From Leucoraja ocellata (taxonomy: Eukaryota), in the NCBI GenBank assembly GCA_036785375.1, contig JAWMAR010000058.1, positions 7,502,001-7,566,000 on the forward strand: DNA of 64,000 bases, read 5' to 3'. The notes under the pieces are model-generated. The model did not search any database and had not been told where the DNA came from. It was given only the letters and a program-made list of their open reading frames with translations. Positions 62,401 to 64,000 of the stretch are shown piece after piece. Position 1 is the first letter of the stretch, and every line of letters starts with the position of its first letter. Made by a program: the position numbers and the translations under genes.

Positions 62401-62974
62401 ATATGGGGACTTTCATAATAGATAGAATACAATGGTTTAAATGAAGACAAAATCAAAGATGGTTCTGAGTGATTGACAGATAAGAAGCTATTTCACAGAA
62501 CAAGGGTGCATTTTATTAGGATAAGGGACAGGCAGCATCTCTGGAGAGAAGGAATGGGTGATGTTTTGGGTCGAGACCTTCAGACACAATGATCATCCAT
62601 GATGCCATCATGTTAAATTGTGAGGTTTAAGGAATGTTAAAGAAGAGAATCAAACTGACAATAGTAAATAATTTAGAAAGGGTAGAGTCATTGAAGTAGG
62701 GATACACAAGGAGCCAGCTAGGAAAAGCAGATAACTTGGAAGCTTCCAGTGAGAGATTATGTCAGAGAGCAAGCTGAATCCATTGAGGCATTTGTTAACA
62801 AAGAAGATCATTTTAGTTTTGATGATGTCTTGCTGGGGCCTCATGTATGTCAATGATTATTCTGAATGGTTGATGCCTTATGTGTCCTCATTTACCGGCA
62901 CAGACACTCTGGAAGTCCTGAACGATATTGATGAGATGTCAAAGCGTCGAATTGAGATCCTCCCTTTCTATGCT
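2385..62974 (+). CDS. INTS1: INTS1 (Integrator complex subunit 1), partial multi-exon gene: 30 coding exons in window, 5' and 3' ends outside
   Basis: 30 AG/GT-bounded exons with compatible phases splice into a stop-free 4220-nt frame. Peptides such as [68 protein letters not shown] and [12 protein letters not shown] match vertebrate INTS1 in the expected order (recalled, not aligned by tool). Confidence 0.97.
3172..3362 (-). mobile_element. Fold-back Penelope-like (pLTR) insert, decayed
   Basis: Inverted arms atagacacaaaatgctggagtaa...gcagcatctctgga / tccagagatgctgc...ttactccagcattttgtgtctat. Confidence 0.75.
3672..3763 (+). CDS. INTS1: INTS1 coding exon w2 ([30 protein letters not shown])
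   Basis: ttcag| ... |gtgagt; 92 nt; phase fits w1. Confidence 0.95.
4424..5049 (+). mobile_element. Non-autonomous Helitron
   Basis: Starts A|TC, ends CTAG|T (aacgggtcccacttggtctag), with a decayed subterminal hairpin, no TSD and an internal GA-rich tract. Confidence 0.65.
5472..5853 (-). mobile_element. RTE/BovB-related non-autonomous element (SINE-like)
   Basis: The minus strand has gagagcgatgctg...ggtagggccacccatggc...ggaggtctctgacaaag, resembling RTE/Bov-A 5' heads, and a ccatgg...ccgaaggaggcctaa end resembling RTE 3' tails (recalled consensus). Confidence 0.5.
5860..6080 (-). mobile_element. Rex1/Babar-like LINE 3' fragment
   Basis: ORF 5920..6165 has [26 protein letters not shown], matching the LPSGRRYRS...RxxNSFFP motif. 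Confidence 0.7.
6154..6214 (+). CDS. INTS1: INTS1 coding exon w3 ([20 protein letters not shown])
   Basis: ctgcag| ... |gtgagt; 61 nt. Confidence 0.95.
7958..8155 (+). CDS. INTS1: INTS1 coding exon w4 ([24 protein letters not shown]...[11 protein letters not shown])
   Basis: ctttcag| ... |gtgagt; 198 nt. Confidence 0.95.
8981..9110 (+). CDS. INTS1: INTS1 coding exon w5 ([43 protein letters not shown])
   Basis: ctctccag| ... |gtgagt; 130 nt. Confidence 0.95.
9940..10253 (-). mobile_element. DeuSINE/SacSINE1-like tRNA-derived SINE (old)
   Basis: The minus strand reads tggctcagagggtagcagtctcacttctgactcagaaggtcacgacttcaa...gcacataatcaaggctgacacttcagtacaa. Similar decayed copies at ~14700-14980, 25770-26036, 33230-33330 and 35030-35250. 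Confidence 0.6.
10659..11068 (+). mobile_element. Rex1/Babar-like LINE 3' end
   Basis: ORF 10618..11127 has SAERTMG...[24 protein letters not shown]; tail atttcactg...gtgacgaataaa(cttga)2. Confidence 0.8.
11511..11690 (+). CDS. INTS1: INTS1 coding exon w6 ([35 protein letters not shown]...RAKKRQ)
   Basis: cctccag| ... |gtaaga; 180 nt; overlaps ORF 11526..11813. Confidence 0.96.
12408..12557 (+). CDS. INTS1: INTS1 coding exon w7 ([50 protein letters not shown])
   Basis: attacag| ... |gtgtgt; 150 nt. Confidence 0.95.
14164..14349 (+). CDS. INTS1: INTS1 coding exon w8 ([18 protein letters not shown]...[27 protein letters not shown])
   Basis: ctgcag| ... |gtgagc; 186 nt. Confidence 0.95.
15323..15427 (+). 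CDS. INTS1: INTS1 coding exon w9 ([35 protein letters not shown])
   Basis: ttgcag| ... |gtagga; 105 nt. Confidence 0.95.
15985..16295. repeat. Degenerate minisatellite, ~35-bp units with a yctttaaac core
   Basis: Recurrent ttcctttaaac / ctccttaaac / ttctttaagc motifs; tttctcatgctc occurs twice. Confidence 0.5.
16422..16654 (-). mobile_element. Fold-back Penelope-like insert with 15-bp TSD
   Basis: Inverted arms around 16547-16560, flanked by tagtctgaaagctct (16407-16421) and tagcctgaaagctct (16655-16669). Confidence 0.8.
16683..16722. mobile_element. 40-bp TIR-only MITE (CA...TG ends, 8-bp TSD; P or hAT superfamily)
   Basis: gttaagag | caaagatcctatagcagag ct ctctgctataggatctttg | gttaagag: perfect 19-bp TIRs and a perfect 8-bp TSD. 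Confidence 0.8.
16920..17087 (+). CDS. INTS1: INTS1 coding exon w10 ([19 protein letters not shown]...EDEEVYSW)
   Basis: cactcag| ... |gtgagt; 168 nt. Confidence 0.95.
17400..17702 (-). mobile_element. HE1-type tRNA SINE, decayed
   Basis: acagcatggaaataggcctttcagccca tail and gtcaggattgatcccatgttgctggagctgtgagg head, read in reverse. Confidence 0.55.
18200..18311 (+). CDS. INTS1: INTS1 coding exon w11 ([37 protein letters not shown])
   Basis: gcacag| ... |gtataa; 112 nt. Confidence 0.95.
19090..19220 (-). mobile_element. Young CR1 3' terminus
   Basis: catagaaacatagaaaataggtgcaggagtaggccattcggcccttcgagcc; near-identical to the copies at 20854, 25193 and 30987. Confidence 0.8.
20854..22019 (-). 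mobile_element. Young 5'-truncated CR1-type LINE with an open RT C-terminal ORF (352 aa, 20951..22009)
   Basis: [22 protein letters not shown]...[10 protein letters not shown]...[13 protein letters not shown]; 8-bp repeat 3' tail (tagatacatagatacatagaaa). Confidence 0.95.
22647..22805 (+). CDS. INTS1: INTS1 coding exon w12 ([53 protein letters not shown])
   Basis: tttcag| ... |gtgagt; 159 nt. Confidence 0.96.
24140..24286 (+). CDS. INTS1: INTS1 coding exon w13 ([49 protein letters not shown])
   Basis: cccacag| ... |gtaggt; 147 nt. Confidence 0.96.
24966..25647 (+). mobile_element. HE1-type tRNA SINE interrupted by a CR1 RT fragment (~25080-25160) and a minus-strand CR1 3' end (25193-25488)
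   Basis: gggggcagcacagtggcgcaatagtagag head and (ctaaa)n tail; the nested inserts are visible in the sequence. Confidence 0.75.
27473..28324 (+). mobile_element. Young CpG-rich non-autonomous retroelement with a Rex1/Babar-style 3' tail
   Basis: Sharp GC/CpG-rich island with a (gct)n tract and a 3' end atttcgtttggacc...ggtccaaatgacaattaaattgactctga. Its tail architecture resembles that of the 10659 element. No coherent ORF. Confidence 0.55.
28787..28885 (+). CDS. INTS1: INTS1 coding exon w14 ([33 protein letters not shown])
   Basis: ccctgcag| ... |gtacca; 99 nt. Confidence 0.94.
28962..29265 (+). mobile_element. HE1-type tRNA SINE
   Basis: A-box tggcgcagctgg, B-box ggttcgatct; tail aagggcctgtttccatgctgt. 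Confidence 0.75.
29593..29717 (+). CDS. INTS1: INTS1 coding exon w15 ([42 protein letters not shown])
   Basis: cctag| ... |gtacac; 125 nt; the C-terminal [12 protein letters not shown] resembles human GPEDDLAGMFLQ. Confidence 0.9.
29958..30166 (-). mobile_element. Fold-back Penelope-like insert with 13-bp TSD
   Basis: Flanked by aatggactagctg (29945-29957) and aatgaactagctg (30167-30179); ctgaagaagggtcccaacctgaaac at the centre. Confidence 0.78.
30255..30518 (+). mobile_element. CR1 3' end
   Basis: [24 protein letters not shown]...; tail ggcctcctcctgcacctattttcaatgtttcta. Confidence 0.85.
30641..30895 (+). CDS. INTS1: INTS1 coding exon w16 ([20 protein letters not shown]...[11 protein letters not shown])
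   Basis: ccttgcag| ... |gtatgg; 255 nt, phase 0-0. Confidence 0.94.
30987..31230 (-). mobile_element. Young CR1 3' end
   Basis: Near-identical to 20860-21100. Confidence 0.85.
32066..32225 (+). CDS. INTS1: INTS1 coding exon w17 ([44 protein letters not shown]...)
   Basis: ttcacag| ... |gtactt; 160 nt. Confidence 0.9.
33897..34775 (-). mobile_element. CR1 3' fragments (two tails)
   Basis: ORF 33994..34248 has [16 protein letters not shown]; a second tail starts at ~34685. Confidence 0.8.
36162..36481. mobile_element. PIF/Harbinger-like fold-back MITE (320 bp)
   Basis: TIRs agcgcctgtcccacttatgcgactttttcggcgac / gtcgccgaaaaagtcgcgtaagtgggacaggccct, flanked by tta / cta (3-bp TWA-type TSD, one mismatch). 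The internal arms are also inverted. Confidence 0.8.
37913..38053 (+). CDS. INTS1: INTS1 coding exon w18 ([47 protein letters not shown])
   Basis: ttttcacag| ... |gtatgt; 141 nt; not in the ORF track. Confidence 0.9.
38191..38415 (+). mobile_element. Fold-back Penelope-like insert with head-to-head hammerhead motifs and a 16-bp decayed TSD
   Basis: Centre cccttcttcag-a-ctgaagaagg; flanks tattaatgatactctg (38175-38190) and tattcatgatattctg (38416-38431). Confidence 0.82.
39381..39898 (-). mobile_element. 5'-truncated Penelope-like retroelement: GIY-YIG endonuclease C-terminus plus pLTR
   Basis: ORF 39575..39997 encodes [40 protein letters not shown]...PVAQHFN...[23 protein letters not shown] (IY-CxxC-YIG and the EH/HF motifs of PLE endonucleases). 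The ORF start derives from an adjacent CR1 fragment. Confidence 0.9.
39446..39473 (-). ncRNA. Minimal hammerhead ribozyme motif in a Penelope pLTR
   Basis: Minus strand CUGAAGA-A-GGGU[UUCG]GCCU-GAAA-C-GUU: conserved core, UUCG-capped helix II, palindromic ACGU helix III, NUH site. Confidence 0.65.
40333..40513 (+). CDS. INTS1: INTS1 coding exon w19 ([23 protein letters not shown]...MEVDGD)
   Basis: ctcacag| ... |gtattt; 181 nt. Confidence 0.92.
40995..41162 (+). mobile_element. Fold-back Penelope-like insert (internally deleted) with a perfect 14-bp TSD
   Basis: cagatgagaagctt at 40981-40994 and 41163-41176; ctgatgaagggtctcg at the centre. Confidence 0.8.
41935..42365 (+). mobile_element. 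CR1 3' fragment
   Basis: gagtttagaagaatgaggggggacctcattgaaac...gggccgaatggcctaattctgctcc. Confidence 0.8.
43620..43743 (+). CDS. INTS1: INTS1 coding exon w20 ([42 protein letters not shown])
   Basis: The in-frame acceptor is an atypical gctgaag|; donor |gtaagg; 124 nt. Confidence 0.88.
45030..45160 (+). CDS. INTS1: INTS1 coding exon w21 ([43 protein letters not shown])
   Basis: atccag| ... |gtgagt; 131 nt. The 5' boundary is less certain because in-frame AGs also precede 45042 and 45054. Confidence 0.85.
45248..45500 (-). mobile_element. Penelope-like 3' fragment (pLTR with decayed hammerhead)
   Basis: gaactgcagatgct...taactcagcgggtcaggcagcatctctggagaaaaggaataggtgacattttgg. Confidence 0.7.
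45803..45890 (+). CDS. INTS1: INTS1 coding exon w22 ([29 protein letters not shown])
   Basis: ttgtag| ... |gtagga; 88 nt. Confidence 0.95.
47690..47937 (+). CDS. INTS1: INTS1 coding exon w23 ([27 protein letters not shown]...[15 protein letters not shown]...CIKQGGE)
   Basis: ctttgtag| ... |gtaaac; 248 nt. Confidence 0.93.
48012..48290 (+). mobile_element. HE1-type tRNA SINE
   Basis: Pol III A-box tggcgcagcgg (48023-48033) and B-box ggttcgatcc (48066-48075), followed by the body ggagtttgtacgttctccc...ggtttcctcccacac. Confidence 0.8.
48820..49830 (-). mobile_element. CR1 ORF2 AP-endonuclease fragment (old)
   Basis: ORF 49209..49544 has YYRPPNS...VIVGDF...LDLLL...TSDH. Confidence 0.8.
50508..50637 (+). 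CDS. INTS1: INTS1 coding exon w24 ([44 protein letters not shown])
   Basis: Tandem cagcag acceptor (start 50505 or 50508), donor |gtttga; phase fits both neighbours. Confidence 0.87.
52067..52200 (+). CDS. INTS1: INTS1 coding exon w25 ([44 protein letters not shown])
   Basis: ttccag| ... |gtatta; 134 nt. Confidence 0.95.
53095..53287 (+). CDS. INTS1: INTS1 coding exon w26 ([26 protein letters not shown]...[11 protein letters not shown])
   Basis: cttcag| ... |gtgagt; 193 nt. Confidence 0.96.
53715..53972 (+). mobile_element. HE1-type SINE, decayed
   Basis: ttgcctcacagttccagagacccgggttctaatctga...agtttgcacgttctc. Confidence 0.6.
54609..54736 (+). CDS. INTS1: INTS1 coding exon w27 ([42 protein letters not shown])
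   Basis: aaacag| ... |gtaagt; 128 nt. Confidence 0.94.
54844..55175 (+). mobile_element. HE1-type tRNA SINE
   Basis: ggggcggtgcggtggcacagcgatagag head; B-box gggttcaatcc. Confidence 0.78.
55358..55660 (-). mobile_element. HE1-type tRNA SINE
   Basis: Reverse-complement head cggtggtgcagcagtagag, B-box ggtttcgatcc; (ctaaa) tail. Confidence 0.78.
56122..56181. repeat. 31-bp tandem duplication; each unit holds a cggctg...cagccg hairpin
   Basis: tgg[a/g]ttacggctgcaggcatcttcagccg occurs twice. Confidence 0.85.
56370..56571 (+). mobile_element. Very young fold-back Penelope-like insert: perfect 85-bp inverted repeat, 18-bp direct repeat
   Basis: Arms 56369-56453 and 56457-56541 are exact reverse complements (loop cct); aaacactattttggtgta at 56352-56369 and 56572-56589. 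Confidence 0.9.
56711..56760 (+). repeat. Poly-G tract
   Basis: About 50 nt, almost pure G. Confidence 0.9.
59690..60208 (-). mobile_element. CR1 RT C-terminal fragment
   Basis: ORF 59908..60258 has QVQQAVKK...[12 protein letters not shown]...LGLYSLE. Confidence 0.88.
60840..60952 (+). CDS. INTS1: INTS1 coding exon w28 ([37 protein letters not shown])
   Basis: ccccag| ... |gtgagt; 113 nt; contains the LKSLLAGL motif. Confidence 0.92.
61619..62055. other. Two N runs (61619-61771, 61789-61959) within a (TC)n/(TCTG)n microsatellite
   Basis: Seen directly; the resolved flanks are TC-rich. Confidence 0.95.
62096..62209 (+). CDS. INTS1: INTS1 coding exon w29 ([38 protein letters not shown])
   Basis: Pyrimidine tract plus aagaagaag tandem acceptors (start 62096, 62099 or 62102), donor |gtaagg. 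Confidence 0.88.
62904..62974 (+). CDS. INTS1: INTS1 coding exon w30 ([24 protein letters not shown])
   Basis: gcacag| ... |gtaagt; 71 nt. Confidence 0.93.
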
Positions 62975-64000
62975 GTAAGTAGAAAACAAACTAATTGTGT
63001 CTCAAAGCAAACAAGACTTGGCCTCTGTTTGCCTGCGGCATTTAATTAGCACCAAAACTGTATAATGCCCTGCACTCTGCTAACAAGTGGAACGGACGGA
63101 TTTTGATTGCAGCTAACAATGTCTCTAGCTGTGAATTGTTTGTAGGCAGCCTTTGAGAAAAGGCTATTGTAAATATTGAACCTGACGGATTTGCCTTGGC
63201 AGCAATGGTGAGATGTAGATGAAGCTCAGTATTGCCTTTGAAAAAGCAATTCTGAACCACAGTTAGTATTGGAGAACTATTACAGTGCAGAAGAGGTCAT
63301 TCCTCCCACTGTGTCTACACAAACGTCTAATAGAACAGCCCGTCTCTTTTCCCTCCACAGGCCTGATTTACCTGTTATTCCCACCACAGACTATATTTAT
63401 TCCACAGTAAATATGTACCCATTTCCTTTAAATCTAACTCCAGAATAACTATTTCACTTTTGCCCAGCATCCCACCACCCCAAATCTTTTGGCGCCACTT
63501 TAATCCATTCCTCTGGTTGCTGACTCATTGATAGTGGAAATAGATTTTGTTGACCCTACTTAAATTTGTCATGATTTTGACTGTCTATTAAATCCCCTCT
63601 TAGACATCTTTGCTGCAGGGAAAAAACTCTATCTATCCTTGTAGGTAGAATGGCTCATCCCAGACCATTGGAGCTAACAGACCCTGGTGGTGAAGGCCAG
63701 TGTCACTCACCATTTTCCTGGTTTTATGCAAGCTTAAATGGTTCTATCTATATTCTCAGAGTAGTAGTAAGGGTTTGGATGCTGAGGTGAATCGTATATT
63801 AAAGGGACTCTTGTAGCATTCTGCCGTCATCAGATTCTTAGCTTGGAGTGTGCTAGATGTGGTTGCACATTAATGACATTTAAAGTGGGTTTAATCTAAC
63901 TCCATGTAACCAGAACACGGTTGCCTTGGGTTGAGGACTGCATGGCTGTGAGCCTGTGGAGAGCCTAATGGCTATGTAGAGTTTAATCAACTTTGAAATG

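Overview
This is eukaryotic (vertebrate) genomic DNA. The repeat content (HE1-type tRNA SINEs, DeuSINE/SacSINE1-like copies, CR1 LINEs, Penelope-like elements) points to a cartilaginous fish, probably a skate or ray (inference). The whole window lies inside one + strand gene, INTS1 (Integrator complex subunit 1). I traced 30 consecutive GT-AG coding exons from 2385 to 62974 (4220 nt, about 1406 codons). Their phases join into one stop-free frame that is collinear with the middle and C-terminal part of human INTS1 as I recall it. The start and stop codons lie outside the window. Most ORFs in the supplied track are spurious, exon read-throughs or retroelement remnants. The introns hold CR1, Rex1/Babar, RTE and Penelope retroelements, Helitrons and two DNA-transposon MITEs. 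The most notable signals are: (1) a family of short fold-back Penelope-derived inserts with 13-18 bp target duplications, whose turning point coincides with a minimal hammerhead-ribozyme motif, including a perfect 85-bp hairpin; (2) an intact-core hammerhead next to a GIY-YIG endonuclease remnant; (3) a 40-bp TIR-only MITE; (4) a fully palindromic Harbinger-like MITE; (5) inverted CR1 copies bracketing a 255-nt phase-0 exon, a circRNA or skipping candidate; (6) repeat-free intronic blocks that may be conserved enhancers. Repeat family names come from recalled consensus motifs, not database searches.
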